Shown here one piece after another: positions 18,458-29,280 of a stretch of DNA of 64,000 bases (position 1 is the stretch's first letter; each line of letters opens with the position of its first letter). Origin of the DNA: a virus; the IMG/VR virus record IMGVR_UViG_3300046170_000301, one strand, 5' to 3'. The position numbers and the translations under genes are program-made. The notes below the pieces were generated by a model. It was given only the letters and a program-made list of their open reading frames with translations, had not been told where the DNA came from and made no database searches.

Positions 18458-18476
18458 ATTAAGACCTATTTTTTAA

Positions 18477-20144
18477 TTATTTATTATTATTTGATGGTTT
18501 TGGTTGTTGAGACTGTATTTTTAATTGTCTTTCCATATCATCTTCCGCTTTGGCAGTTTCAATTTCTGGTGTCATAGCATCATTTTGACGGTCCATAGTA
18601 TCAAATGTTGTAGTATCAACTGGGTCCATAGTGAGACCAGCATCAATCTCTTTCTTCATTTGTCTACTAAGTTCCTTATATTCTTTCTCGGTCTGCATCA
18701 GAACTTCTTTTCTTACATACTCAACAGAGAAATACTTACCAACAAATGGGTCCATCTGTAGCATGATGTTAGTTCTTTCTCTCATCATCTCAATTTTTTT
18801 AAGTTCGTTGAAATGATTATCAAACAAAAAGTCATATTGAATATGCTCTTCCATATCATCCCAATCCTCTGGGGCAATAATACCTTTGAGGATTAGTTGT
18901 GTTTTTAGAATATCATTGAATAGTTCTGAAAATCTTTTTCTAAGACGACCAATAAATTTAGAAAACTTGAGTTCATCTCTTAGAACTTCTGTTGTCTTAC
19001 CAAGATTAAATCCTTTGTTATCGTCAGTAAGACGTGAAGGTGGTAGATTAAGTGAGTTGTAAAGTTTCTTTTTAAAATACTCAACGTCTTTTAGTTCACC
19101 GAGATTCTGCCCACCAGGAAGTGTGGTGATTTCAGTTCCTCTACCACCTTCTCTACGTGGCAACCAAAAATCTTCAAGCATACTCATATGCTTTTTGTCA
19201 TCACGAATCTCTCCAGTTTGCCCATCATAAACCAGTTTATTTCTATACCTGTTCATGACTTCACGAAGGTATTGTTCTGCTTTTACCTTAGGAAGATTAC
19301 CAACGTCGATGTAAAAAATTCTTCTTTCTGGAGCACGAGATAGTCTGTAAATAACAAGACTATCCTCAATCATTCTGAGTTGATTTAGTGCTTTGATTCC
19401 TTTGTGAAGGAAACTAATAACCATTTTCTTATTCAAATCCATCAATCCAGAATGAGCAGAAGCAATAGAATCCGCTGATATCTTTACTCCTTGTGCTGTA
19501 GAGAAATCAAAAGTAGTAGTGTTAGAAAACTTACTTGCAAATCCTTTTGGATTATAAATGTAATACTCTACGTAATCTCCCCAGTCATATTCAAGAGCAG
19601 TTCCTTTAATCGCTTCTGGTGGATTATCGTTATTCTTTTTAATTTGCTGTCTGACCTTTCTTAGTTTCAGTGGGTCAATATAGCGTAATTCTAAAATTCC
19701 TTTTTTGGGATTATCTAAATCTACTACTTTATGATAATATGTTCTTCCGTCAATATACCAACTACGAATAATTTCGTGTGATCTTTTGTCAAAGTTTAAA
19801 AGTTTTTTAATGTGCTCAAACTCTTGTCTAATTTTGGTTTTAATATTATTTCCGATATCTAAATTAGAAAGTTCAATATCAACTGGAGAATCGTTGGCAT
19901 CTGAAACTACAAACTCATTAACAATCTCATCTACAGCACTATCACACTCTGGGTGTAATGCCATATCACGATATCGTTTAATAAGTTCGTATTCGTTACG
20001 ATTGTTTCCACCATCAACATCTACATAAGTACCAAAATAGCCACCAGCAACGGTGGCTACACTATCATGTTCATTAGGGGGGACAGGAGACTGCCCCTTA
20101 AGTTCCCCCCTCTTGTTTATCATAAAACCAAACAGTTGACTCAT
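18477..20144 (-). CDS. gp20: Portal protein
   Basis: IYRLSRAPERRIFYIDVGNLPKVKAEQYL, EDFWLPRREGGRGTEITTLPGG. Confidence 0.99.
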   Translation of the reverse strand: MSQLFGFMINKRGELKGQSPVPPNEHDSVATVAGGYFGTYVDVDGGNNRNEYELIKRYRDMALHPECDSAVDEIVNEFVVSDANDSPVDIELSNLDIGNNIKTKIRQEFEHIKKLLNFDKRSHEIIRSWYIDGRTYYHKVVDLDNPKKGILELRYIDPLKLRKVRQQIKKNNDNPPEAIKGTALEYDWGDYVEYYIYNPKGFASKFSNTTTFDFSTAQGVKISADSIASAHSGLMDLNKKMVISFLHKGIKALNQLRMIEDSLVIYRLSRAPERRIFYIDVGNLPKVKAEQYLREVMNRYRNKLVYDGQTGEIRDDKKHMSMLEDFWLPRREGGRGTEITTLPGGQNLGELKDVEYFKKKLYNSLNLPPSRLTDDNKGFNLGKTTEVLRDELKFSKFIGRLRKRFSELFNDILKTQLILKGIIAPEDWDDMEEHIQYDFLFDNHFNELKKIEMMRERTNIMLQMDPFVGKYFSVEYVRKEVLMQTEKEYKELSRQMKKEIDAGLTMDPVDTTTFDTMDRQNDAMTPEIETAKAEDDMERQLKIQSQQPKPSNNNK

Positions 20145-20186
20145 TGTTATAACTAAGAGTATTTACTATACTCTATTTATCAAGCG

Positions 20187-20819
20187 TCAAACGTCGGCGT
20201 TAATCTCTCTTGAAGTTAGTCCGTTTCTACGGTTTGCTACTGGTTCAGTTGTCCAATATGAATACTGAAACTCAACCGAGAACTCTTCAATCTGGTCATT
20301 GCTATCATAAGAAAGGTCAATCTGTGATACGTTTGTTGGGAAAGCGTACCAAAGCTTATATGTTCTTAGAATGTTAGAGTTGGTTGGTTCAGTATTCTTC
20401 TCAAGTTGATGAACAAGAATATCAGCAGTGTAACCAGCACTGTTATCTGGAGTGATAAGGTCTGCTGTATTACCAGCATGACCGTTGATAGCTTCAGACC
20501 ATTGCTCAAATAGAGCACGAATCTTAAAGTCCTTATCGTTGATAAAGGTTGGTGACCAATTATCAAACGTTCTATCTCCAGCAATTTTTACCGTTCTTCC
20601 ACGGAAAGGAACTTCGATTACTCCAGTGCTTGAAGCAGGAAGTGCCGCTGATTTACAAAGTAAGTTTGTAATATTCTTTTCATCTTGAGATACAGCAGAT
20701 AGTGATTCTGCTCCAACTCCGCTTTGTGGAAATACGATTTCCACTTCAAACATATTAGGCTTAACGCCTTGACCTACGTTTGATAAAAATTCGCTGATTT
20801 TACTTGAAAGTGGTGCCAT
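20187..20819 (-). CDS. gp19: Tail tube protein
   Basis: LCKSAALP...PFRGRTVKIAGDRTF...IEEFSVEFQYSYW. Confidence 0.96.
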   Translation of the reverse strand: MAPLSSKISEFLSNVGQGVKPNMFEVEIVFPQSGVGAESLSAVSQDEKNITNLLCKSAALPASSTGVIEVPFRGRTVKIAGDRTFDNWSPTFINDKDFKIRALFEQWSEAINGHAGNTADLITPDNSAGYTADILVHQLEKNTEPTNSNILRTYKLWYAFPTNVSQIDLSYDSNDQIEEFSVEFQYSYWTTEPVANRRNGLTSREINADV

Positions 20820-20851
20820 TTGTGTTTACCTCTAATAGTTTGTGATAAAAA

Positions 20852-22816
20852 TTATCTGCCTACAACTTCACTGAAAGAAACTCCAGTCTTAGTAGCAGTA
20901 AACGTAATGGTTACATAGTTGATAGAACGAGTTGGTTTGATATAAAGTTCAGCAACAAACTCGTTACGATCAATTACTTCTGGAGTGTTATTTGATTCAT
21001 CACAAACAACAAGATAATCTATAACTCCTCTTCTTGCTTGAATCTCATTGAGATAGGAGTTAACAGCAGATGAGAAACTTGACCTTGTAGTTACATCGTT
21101 AAGTTCAAATAGAACTTGCTTACCAAGTTCTCCAACTCTCTTCTCGACATTAAGGAACAGACGACGAACATTAATTCTATCGAAAGCACTTGGAGAAGCA
21201 AGAGCAGTTTTATCACCGAAGAGGGTTACACCTGAACCAGGGAAAGAAACAATAGGATTGATTCTTAACTGATAAAGCTCATCTCTATCTGCTTTATTTG
21301 GATTGAAAGCGAGTCTAATAGCGTTTCTTAGAGAACCTCTATTAAGACCAGCTGGGGAATACCAGTCATCTAGAGTAGCAGAAGTTGCTACACAGAGACC
21401 TGCAACATCACCGTTGCAAGCAAGATAGCGGTACTTATCGTTAAAACGATCATAGAAGTACTTATATCCACTATCGAATACAGCATATGAGGTAGAAGTT
21501 AGACCATTAAAGAAGTTAATGGTATTTTCTTTTTGTTGTGTTGCACTTAGAGCACCATTAGTTCCGATTTGATTACCTTTGTGAGGAGAAACAAAAGCAA
21601 CACAATCTTTTCTTGAAACAGCAATAGAGATAACCTTAGAAGCTTTTGCTTTGGTTTCTGTTTCTAGTGCCATTGAACCACCCATGAGCACAAAATCAAC
21701 TTCCGTTTCTTCTGTGTCTAGGAATAGGTCATAAGCATCACCGACTTCAGCATTAGTGTAATCATAATTGTCTGCTCCATTGCTCAAGTCGTTTTCAGAA
21801 CTTGCTGAAAGAGCAAACATTGAACCAGACATGAAGGTGGAATCATACCCCCAATCAATTCCAGAACCAGCAGTGCTTGGGTCTACTCCAGCAGTTGGAT
21901 GTTGACCAGTAAAGACATAATTCGATTGCTCGTTAACAATCGTTCTGTAATAGGTGTTAGCACCTTCTCCACTCTTACCATCAGTCAACTTAGAAAGGTA
22001 AGTTAATCTTTCTATAATTGTGTTTGGAGCACCAGATTCTGCTCCAGTTGTATCGATAACAGCAATATGAATCTCATCATATTTGATGTTATTTGATTCG
22101 GCAAACTGAGAAGTTCCAGGACGAGGACCAATAGCAGAAAGCTTTAGACCAGTTGAACCAATCTCGGTATTTGTATACCAATCTTTTACAGAAGAAATGG
22201 CAACATCAGTAGCACCATCCTCAAGAGTATCTGAACTCGTGATTAGAGTTGTTGGGTCATCAAGAACAACAACCAATTTTTTTGAAGTTCCGTCGTAAGA
22301 AACTACAACAGCATCTTTTGTTTCAGAACCAACATTAAATGTTACTGAACCACCATCAGTTGGAGTTGTTACTGGGTCAGAAGCAAGCGTAATGATTTGG
22401 TCAGCGCCTCTATCTACTACAACTACTTTTAGTCCATTTGCCCATGTTCCAGCGGTACGAGCAACAAAAGTTTCTGAAGTTCCTGCTCCAGATTCCCATG
22501 CTATATCATTAGGAACTAAAACTCCAGAACCAGTAGAAGCGTTTAAAGAACCAGCAGTAGAAGCACGAACTATAGCTAATCTTCCACCGTATGATAGAAA
22601 CTCCGATGCTACATACCAATCTTTGGCATTACTATCTGTTGGTCTTCCGAATACATCAACCAAATCTTTTTGGGAATTGATGTTTACGATTTCTCCAATA
22701 GGACCTTTTTTAAAGGTTGAGGCAAAAGCGCCAGTGATTTGCTGTGCGCCTACAATAACAGTATTAGATAGATCACGCTCCTTTAATACAATTCCAGGTG
22801 ATACCTGACTTGCCAT
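20852..22816 (-). CDS. gp18: Contractile tail sheath protein
   Basis: SPGIVLKERD...WYSPAGLNRG...SAFDRINVRRLF...IKPTRSINY. Confidence 0.97.
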   Translation of the reverse strand: MASQVSPGIVLKERDLSNTVIVGAQQITGAFASTFKKGPIGEIVNINSQKDLVDVFGRPTDSNAKDWYVASEFLSYGGRLAIVRASTAGSLNASTGSGVLVPNDIAWESGAGTSETFVARTAGTWANGLKVVVVDRGADQIITLASDPVTTPTDGGSVTFNVGSETKDAVVVSYDGTSKKLVVVLDDPTTLITSSDTLEDGATDVAISSVKDWYTNTEIGSTGLKLSAIGPRPGTSQFAESNNIKYDEIHIAVIDTTGAESGAPNTIIERLTYLSKLTDGKSGEGANTYYRTIVNEQSNYVFTGQHPTAGVDPSTAGSGIDWGYDSTFMSGSMFALSASSENDLSNGADNYDYTNAEVGDAYDLFLDTEETEVDFVLMGGSMALETETKAKASKVISIAVSRKDCVAFVSPHKGNQIGTNGALSATQQKENTINFFNGLTSTSYAVFDSGYKYFYDRFNDKYRYLACNGDVAGLCVATSATLDDWYSPAGLNRGSLRNAIRLAFNPNKADRDELYQLRINPIVSFPGSGVTLFGDKTALASPSAFDRINVRRLFLNVEKRVGELGKQVLFELNDVTTRSSFSSAVNSYLNEIQARRGVIDYLVVCDESNNTPEVIDRNEFVAELYIKPTRSINYVTITFTATKTGVSFSEVVGR

Positions 22817-22864
22817 TTTTTTCTCCTCTAGATATCCAAGTTAATCTAAAAATATTTATTAAAA

Positions 22865-24511
22865 TTAATAGTTCCACATGTATGAAACATCTTCTTGGGT
22901 ATCGCCATACCAGACAGTTCCATCAGTAACTATACCTTCATCTCCTTCTAGTCCAGTTACAATAAATCCAAACGGAGACATGTCCTGTTCTATTTGATTT
23001 TTTTGTTCTTCGTAAATTCTTTTACGAACGTCGTTATCTGTCATTTCTTTAAAGTAATCTTGGGTTGCCAACCACGCAAAAATTACCAGACACATAACTA
23101 AGTCGTCATGAAATCCCTCGTCAGCTTCAAACGATTGTTTCTTTTGAATAAAAGTTGTTAGTTCGTTGATAATATCGTAATCTCGGAAAAGTAGTTTGTC
23201 GTCTTCGACCATTTGCTTAAGATTAGCACATCCTTGTTTCTTAACAGTGACGCTCATCTTAACGCCTAACTGAGTTTTATTTCCAGAAAATCCTTGCCCC
23301 ACAAGTTGACCAGCACGACCTCTCATCGAGCACATTAAAACATTTGGATACTCTAAGTCATATTGTAAAATTGACGCTACTTGGTCGCCAACATCATTTA
23401 CTTCACAAAGGACATAAGCATGATTATATGCTCTTGCCACATCATTAATTATGTTAGGAAAGAGCATAGGTTTTATTTCATTGTTACGAAACTTAGCAAC
23501 TATCTGATAGGGGACAGTTGTAATATCGAATACAATAAAAGCAGAATAATCACCACCGATTCCTCTACTAACATCAGCAGTGATGATATACTCTTTATTA
23601 GATTTTGGTTCTTCGTAAACATTAAATCCTTTATTAGTTCTGATAGGAGTATCAAAAACTAATGAGCGAAGTTTTGAAGCAGCAATCAGCGTATCAACAG
23701 AACCCAAGAACTCACATTCAAATTCCTGAGTGAACTGACGCTCGGACGTGTTCTTAATTGTTTCTTCTTTCCACTTCTCATCACGCCCAGGAACTTCAGA
23801 CCAATGGACTTCAGTCCACACATAGTTGTTTCTTTTGTTTTGAGCATCAACCCACAACTTATAGAAGTGGTTCATACCATACGGGGTTGAAATGATAATA
23901 ACTTTTGTTTTTTGTCCAGAAGAAATTGTAGGATATACTGAACTGAAAAAGTCATCAGCGATATGATTTGGAACGAAAGCAAACTCGTCCAAGAAGATGA
24001 TGTTAAATGACATACCACGAACAGCAGATGCTGATGTGGACGCTGCCATAATCTTAGAACCATTTTCCAGTTCCATAGAACCTTTGTTCCAAGCAATCAC
24101 ACCTTGCTGTAACCACTTAGGAAGATTCTCGTATGCTGTCTGTAATCTTCCTAATAGGTCACGGGCAGTAGATGCTTTGTTAGCAAGAATACCAATGTTT
24201 GAATTGTCATTGAACAAAGCATAATGAAGAAGATAGGAAACAACAACAGTTGACTTTCCCGTCTGCCTCGGCAGTTTAGCAATATTAAATCTATTGTTGT
24301 GAAATTTTTCTACTAATTCTTTTTGGAACTTATACATCCTAAAAGGAATCAGACCTTCATCAACAGAAACAATTTTTACATAATTTAAAGCAAAATATAC
24401 AGGGTCTTCCTTACACTTTACATATTCTTCAATCTGCTTTTTTGTCCACTGATGTTGGACGTTTGCTTTCTTAAGTAACGGATTACCTAAGTATATCTGG
24501 TCACTTGCCAT
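22865..24511 (-). CDS. gp17: Terminase large subunit
   Basis: YLGNPLLK, PRQTGKST, LDEFAF, ISTPYG, DDLVM. Confidence 0.98.
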   Translation of the reverse strand: MASDQIYLGNPLLKKANVQHQWTKKQIEEYVKCKEDPVYFALNYVKIVSVDEGLIPFRMYKFQKELVEKFHNNRFNIAKLPRQTGKSTVVVSYLLHYALFNDNSNIGILANKASTARDLLGRLQTAYENLPKWLQQGVIAWNKGSMELENGSKIMAASTSASAVRGMSFNIIFLDEFAFVPNHIADDFFSSVYPTISSGQKTKVIIISTPYGMNHFYKLWVDAQNKRNNYVWTEVHWSEVPGRDEKWKEETIKNTSERQFTQEFECEFLGSVDTLIAASKLRSLVFDTPIRTNKGFNVYEEPKSNKEYIITADVSRGIGGDYSAFIVFDITTVPYQIVAKFRNNEIKPMLFPNIINDVARAYNHAYVLCEVNDVGDQVASILQYDLEYPNVLMCSMRGRAGQLVGQGFSGNKTQLGVKMSVTVKKQGCANLKQMVEDDKLLFRDYDIINELTTFIQKKQSFEADEGFHDDLVMCLVIFAWLATQDYFKEMTDNDVRKRIYEEQKNQIEQDMSPFGFIVTGLEGDEGIVTDGTVWYGDTQEDVSYMWNY

Positions 24512-24737
24512 CTGCCCTATCTAACTCCTTTTGTATTACACCCATACGGTTAAACCTTTCTTCCCAACCTTTTCCATCGGTGCTACCTTTTACTGGGTTG
24601 ATACAAGAGTCGTCTCCGAACTTATCACAAACAATTGATGCTAATTCTGTTTCATTTCCTTTTTTGTTTGTGCCAGTCCAGTAATGCTGACCATCAATCC
24701 AAGTAGCGCCGCACTTGGGACAGGTTTTAATTTCCAT
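24501..24737 (-). CDS. Conserved Cys-containing hypothetical protein (CPKC...C...C)
   Basis: ORF overlapping gp17 start; four cysteines. Confidence 0.75.
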   Translation of the reverse strand: MEIKTCPKCGATWIDGQHYWTGTNKKGNETELASIVCDKFGDDSCINPVKGSTDGKGWEERFNRMGVIQKELDRADGK

Positions 24738-24809
24738 TGTAATAATATGAAACAGTATACTATTTAGTATATACTGCTATATCCGTAACAATAATTACTA
24801 AAGTTTTGT

Positions 24810-25286
24810 TTAGCAGTTCCAAGCTCTTAGAGATTTATTAATTCTGCTATCGGGGTCGTTTGCTGTTTTTTTAGAAGTTTCTTTCTTTTTCATACCTTTC
24901 ATTCTGGCACAAAAAGATTTTCTACGAGGGTTATCTTTATCTTTTGATGGACGTTTTAAATCAGAACCAGGATTTTCTTTTTCGTATGATTTTCTTCCTT
25001 TCTCGTTAAGACCACCTTCTTTATTCTGACCAGATTTTTTTGTCCAAGCAGCACCCTCATTCACAGATTCATTCATATTACTATCCATATAATCTGCTAC
25101 CGAATCAAGATAATCAGCGGCACGAGTTAGTTTAGATTGAACCCAAGATTCAATTTGCCCTTGTCCTTGAACGTGCTTGCTTATTCTTTCAACAGCATTC
25201 ATAGAAACATCAAGTTCTCTACGAATCATATCGTATTCATCATAATACTCATTAAGTTGTTTTCTCAATTCTCTAAAAGTTTTCAT
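24810..25286 (-). CDS. Probable internal head protein (MKTF start; basic C-terminal RRKSFCARM domain)
   Basis: MKTF N-terminus and NE motifs typical of T4-like prohead-processed proteins. Confidence 0.7.
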   Translation of the reverse strand: MKTFRELRKQLNEYYDEYDMIRRELDVSMNAVERISKHVQGQGQIESWVQSKLTRAADYLDSVADYMDSNMNESVNEGAAWTKKSGQNKEGGLNEKGRKSYEKENPGSDLKRPSKDKDNPRRKSFCARMKGMKKKETSKKTANDPDSRINKSLRAWNC

Positions 25287-25291
25287 TAATA

Positions 25292-25831
25292 TCAACCTCC
25301 AACTACAGCAACTTCGTCTACATACATTTTCAAACCGTTATTCGTATCTCCTTGACCAGAAACTTTTGCTGATTTTGCCAAAGTAGCAAATCCAGTAAAA
25401 GCATCTAAACCTGAACAATCAGCACTTACTGTAATATCATTACCACTGATTGCTGTAATTTCTACGTGAGTTACTTGTGTGTTATATCCAGCAACAGAAG
25501 AACCTTGTAACTTTACATATTCACCAACTTGAAAAGGATTACTGTTTCCTTCAGCAGTTAAAACACAAGGATTTGCTGAAGTAGCAGATACAATTCGTGC
25601 TCTTTTTGGAGAACTTCCTTTTACAATAACTTCCGAACCAGATAGAACGTGACTAGCATCTGGGTCTGTGCTGGCGTCTGGATTGCCATTTATAGAAAAA
25701 TGTGCTGACCTATCAGCAGCATTTGAGATTCTATACAGACCAGTTTTGATAATGTAACCAGCACTTTGAACTGGGTCATCGGCATTATCTAACAAGTCCC
25801 CAATATGTTGAACTACTTTAAAAATTGCCAT
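25292..25831 (-). CDS. Putative virion structural protein
   Basis: ORF with late promoter upstream; beta-rich. Confidence 0.7.
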   Translation of the reverse strand: MAIFKVVQHIGDLLDNADDPVQSAGYIIKTGLYRISNAADRSAHFSINGNPDASTDPDASHVLSGSEVIVKGSSPKRARIVSATSANPCVLTAEGNSNPFQVGEYVKLQGSSVAGYNTQVTHVEITAISGNDITVSADCSGLDAFTGFATLAKSAKVSGQGDTNNGLKMYVDEVAVVGG

Positions 25832-25849
25832 TACATTTACGCTTTATTT

Positions 25850-26272
25850 TTATTTATCTGTAGGCATGTTTTTGTTGACCTGCTTCAACATTTTCTGAAG
25901 GTCTGCTGTTGAACCAAAGAACATTGTATTGTTAACTGTTTGTGGAGCAGAACCTTTTGTTGGAGCATCAAGGTCTTTCATCTTTTTCTGTAAATCAATT
26001 AATTTGTCAGAAAGGTCTCCAACCTGCTTCATAGCGTTCACAGCGACCTCATACGCTCTGGGGTGTCCTGACTCCTGAGCAACCTCTAAAGCGCCCTGAA
26101 TCGCCTCCTGACCCTTTTCAATGAGGCTATAGAGTTGACCTCTGGTATACTCATAATCAGCATCAGAATGTTCTTCTTTTTCTACTGTTTTTTTCTCTTC
26201 TACTTTTTCAATAGAAGATGCTGTAATATCGATATCAAGAATATCTTCCATATTTTTTTCAAACTCATTCAT
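25850..26272 (-). CDS. gp16: Terminase small subunit
   Basis: DYEYTRGQLYSLIEKG...HPRAYEVA...FFGSTADLQKML. Confidence 0.93.
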   Translation of the reverse strand: MNEFEKNMEDILDIDITASSIEKVEEKKTVEKEEHSDADYEYTRGQLYSLIEKGQEAIQGALEVAQESGHPRAYEVAVNAMKQVGDLSDKLIDLQKKMKDLDAPTKGSAPQTVNNTMFFGSTADLQKMLKQVNKNMPTDK

Positions 26273-26276
26273 AACT

Positions 26277-27089
26277 TCAATACAATTCTATGTCTCCATT
26301 AAATCCGAAATCGTCATCTGGCATCACTAAAGCATCATCTGCTTGGTCAATAACGGTATCGTTATTTTTATCCTCAAGTGCTTTTGGTGTGTAAGTAAGT
26401 TTTGTTGCTCTTCTGCTTTCTTGTAAATCACCAATGGTTTCATAGATGATTGCTTTTCTGATAACATCAGATTGATTGAATGGACCGTAGATATATGACT
26501 TAGCATTAAATGATAGTTTCCAGTCAATCATTCTTCTTGTCATAAAACTATCATCCCATTCATCAGAATAATCAATGTTGTTTAGGACAATAGCAACATC
26601 ACGTTTTTCATCCATATCTGGAATGAAGTTAATTGTGATGTTAAAGTTTGGTTGAAAATATGGTAGAATTTGTTCAAGAATTTGTAGACCATCATCTTGA
26701 TTCTTGGCGAGAATACCCAAGTCAAAAGTCATGTTGTATGGAATAGGAACATACTGAACCTTTACTTCATTACCATTATCATCAACAATATTTCTATACT
26801 TTCTTATTGGACTGGTCTTTCTTGCTCCGTCATATCCAATAGAAGTCATTTCAAAATACATTCTTGGTAACTTCATATACTCATAAGGTCTACCAGGAGT
26901 TGGGTCTGGATTCTGTTCAATACGAGTCAAGAACTTATCCTTTGGACCATAACCAAGAGGAACTTTTTGAACTTCAAGAATATCTTTGGTTTCTGGGTCT
27001 TTTCTTTGAACCTCGATATTATTAAAAAGCGTTCCGAAACCAACAACAGTTTTTCGTATTGCTTCGTTATAAAAGTGCGTACTTAACAT
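26277..27089 (-). CDS. gp15: Tail sheath stabiliser / terminator
   Basis: FYNEAIRKTVVGFGTLFNNI...QILEQILPYFQP. Confidence 0.95.
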   Translation of the reverse strand: MLSTHFYNEAIRKTVVGFGTLFNNIEVQRKDPETKDILEVQKVPLGYGPKDKFLTRIEQNPDPTPGRPYEYMKLPRMYFEMTSIGYDGARKTSPIRKYRNIVDDNGNEVKVQYVPIPYNMTFDLGILAKNQDDGLQILEQILPYFQPNFNITINFIPDMDEKRDVAIVLNNIDYSDEWDDSFMTRRMIDWKLSFNAKSYIYGPFNQSDVIRKAIIYETIGDLQESRRATKLTYTPKALEDKNNDTVIDQADDALVMPDDDFGFNGDIELY

Positions 27090-27955
27090 TAGAAACTATC
27101 CATAAAATTGCCGTATTCACCGAATGGATTCTTCTCGCTAAAGTCAAGAATACCATCTCCTTCATCTTCAATGTATTTATTTTGGTCGTATTTGGTATTT
27201 GTATCTTCTAAGGTATCGAAGAACTCCACTTGCCATGAAGCAGTAGCACCTGATACTACTTCACCTTCTTCAAAAGTTCCGTCACGTTGAACAACAACAA
27301 GTTCTCTTGTTGTAGAATCCCAAGTCACAACATCAGCTTTAGTTCCAGTGTTAGCACCAACAACTTCTTCTTTCTCTACAAAGTCACCAGTTCCGCCCGC
27401 TGCCATGGTAAGTGTAATAGAAGCACTGAGAATATTATCAATAAGGTCAATACCATCGATACCTGTATCAATCTTCTCGTTACCGATTTCATAGATTTCT
27501 GCTGTAATCTGATAGAAATAAAGTTTTCCTAACTGGTGAAACGTTGCCTCAATTTCTACATATTTAATCTCATATAAATCTTTAGTCAAAGGGAAGAATA
27601 ATAAATCCCCTTCCAATGGTCTTAGTCCAAGATTAAAACTTCCAGATTCTTGAACCCATCGTCTTTGAGATACGGCAAACTTAATCTCATCAGTTACCTT
27701 CAATCCAAACTTAGTAATAAACTCAGCATCAGAACCAAACCCTTCTACATTCTGTAGAATCATTTCTACTTGAAACTGCTCTTCATACTTAGAGTAGATA
27801 ACATCACTTAATGTATTATCTTTCAAGATAGTTCTTGGTAGATAATAGATATCTGTTCCAAATAATTTAATTTGTTCGTCAACTAAATCCTGAACGAGGT
27901 TTTGCTCGCCAGAATAACCCCCGTAATAACTTGGAAAATAAGGACTTGTAGGCAT
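27089..27955 (-). CDS. gp14: Neck protein
   Basis: EQNLVQDLVDEQIKLFG...RPLEGDLLFFP...DFSEKNPFG. Confidence 0.93.
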   Translation of the reverse strand: MPTSPYFPSYYGGYSGEQNLVQDLVDEQIKLFGTDIYYLPRTILKDNTLSDVIYSKYEEQFQVEMILQNVEGFGSDAEFITKFGLKVTDEIKFAVSQRRWVQESGSFNLGLRPLEGDLLFFPLTKDLYEIKYVEIEATFHQLGKLYFYQITAEIYEIGNEKIDTGIDGIDLIDNILSASITLTMAAGGTGDFVEKEEVVGANTGTKADVVTWDSTTRELVVVQRDGTFEEGEVVSGATASWQVEFFDTLEDTNTKYDQNKYIEDEGDGILDFSEKNPFGEYGNFMDSF

Positions 27956-27959
27956 AAGT

Positions 27960-28790
27960 TTAACCAATAGCATCCATTGGTGGTAAAGTATACTTAAGTG
28001 GCATATCTGCCTCTAATTGATTCACTTCATTTTCACCATCTTCCCAAATCTGTCTTCCATTTAACGTAATACCACCAGGAAGTTGAACGTTGTTATATTT
28101 AATTAGATTCTGTCCCCACTGTCTTTTCATAAGAGCAGTAGCATATCGTTTTACAAAACTATCATTATAAACTTGTGTCCATTCTTCTGGGTTTAAAGCA
28201 CGATGACAATCAATCAACAAATAGTTTCCTTCTTGAATCCTTGCTACATCAATATCAAGGTATAATCTATCCTGTCTTTTATTAAATCTATATTCCACCA
28301 AAGCACCAGTATTAACAATCATATCCATTGTCTCAAAATACTGGCGAATCATATAATAGTTGGTCATATCAAAGTTACCAAAAGCAAATCCTGATGAGAA
28401 TGAAAACACATCCATCAGGAAATACTGGTTACTTAAACCAAACAAATCATTACGAATCCAATTTGATGATACTCCAAATACTTTTGAAATTCCAATAACA
28501 TGGTCTGGAACTTCAATAAAATTCTTTCTATTTTCCCATGTAGCACCATCTGGGTCAGCAGTAGATGTTAACTCATCAGATTCTGTAAATCTTGTTACAT
28601 CTTCAGCAGTAATTAAATGCTTCAGATACATTCTCTCAACGCCATCATAATGCCACTCTTGATAAAACTGAATGGTAGTATCTATAATATCATCTACTTG
28701 TTCATCTGCTATATTAATTTGTAAAACAGGAGCACCAAGTTGACGCTTACAATAATCAACTAATTCCTGTCTTGTTGATGGCTTTGCCAT
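27960..28790 (-). CDS. gp13: Neck protein
   Basis: RQELVDYCKRQLGAPV...QWGQNLIKY...LPGGITLNG. Confidence 0.95.
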   Translation of the reverse strand: MAKPSTRQELVDYCKRQLGAPVLQINIADEQVDDIIDTTIQFYQEWHYDGVERMYLKHLITAEDVTRFTESDELTSTADPDGATWENRKNFIEVPDHVIGISKVFGVSSNWIRNDLFGLSNQYFLMDVFSFSSGFAFGNFDMTNYYMIRQYFETMDMIVNTGALVEYRFNKRQDRLYLDIDVARIQEGNYLLIDCHRALNPEEWTQVYNDSFVKRYATALMKRQWGQNLIKYNNVQLPGGITLNGRQIWEDGENEVNQLEADMPLKYTLPPMDAIG

Positions 28791-28803
28791 TTAATTAGAT
28801 ACT

Positions 28804-28838
28804 AAAAATCCCTACCTGTATTTATCAGATAGGGATTT
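28804..28838 (-). terminator. Terminator hairpin whose loop is the gp13 late promoter
   Basis: AAATCCCTATCTG-ATAAATA-CAGGTAGGGATTT-TT on minus strand. Confidence 0.7.
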
Positions 28839-28842
28839 GGGT

Positions 28843-29025
28843 TTACTCTTCTGTTGTCTCTTCTGGTTTATTTTGCTCTTCAAGAAGTCCGAGTGTCTCA
28901 AGACCACCTTGAAGTTTCAGTTTGTATTCTTTCGCTTTTTCCAGATTTGCTTCCAGATCTACAATCTGTTTTTCTGCTTGAGCAAGTTGATCTTCAAAAT
29001 TCTTTTTGAGTGCTTCAGTGTCCAT
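28843..29025 (-). CDS. Small coiled-coil hypothetical protein
   Basis: Heptad-rich ORF, late promoter upstream. Confidence 0.75.
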   Translation of the reverse strand: MDTEALKKNFEDQLAQAEKQIVDLEANLEKAKEYKLKLQGGLETLGLLEEQNKPEETTEE

Positions 29026-29280
29026 GTCTCTAATATAAAATGATGTGACGAATTATTTATATTAATAATTTTCAGTCATCTGCTCAAGTTTGATGTCTGA
29101 TATTCTTGCTAGAAAGTCAATCTTATCTAATTCTGTTGTTGAGAAGATTGCGAAGTTTCTTTTTTCTAACTATTTATAGTTATATTTTAAGTAAGACCAT
29201 ATCTAGATTTGAATAGGTAGTAATTATCAGAAATTTCAGTCCGCTTTTACACGGGGCGGGTTGCCGATTAGAGTCCAGCG

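Noticed and set aside
12286-24511. Introns or inteins in uvsW, gp23, gp20, gp17
   Set aside because: ORFs are continuous, of normal length and lack intein or homing motifs
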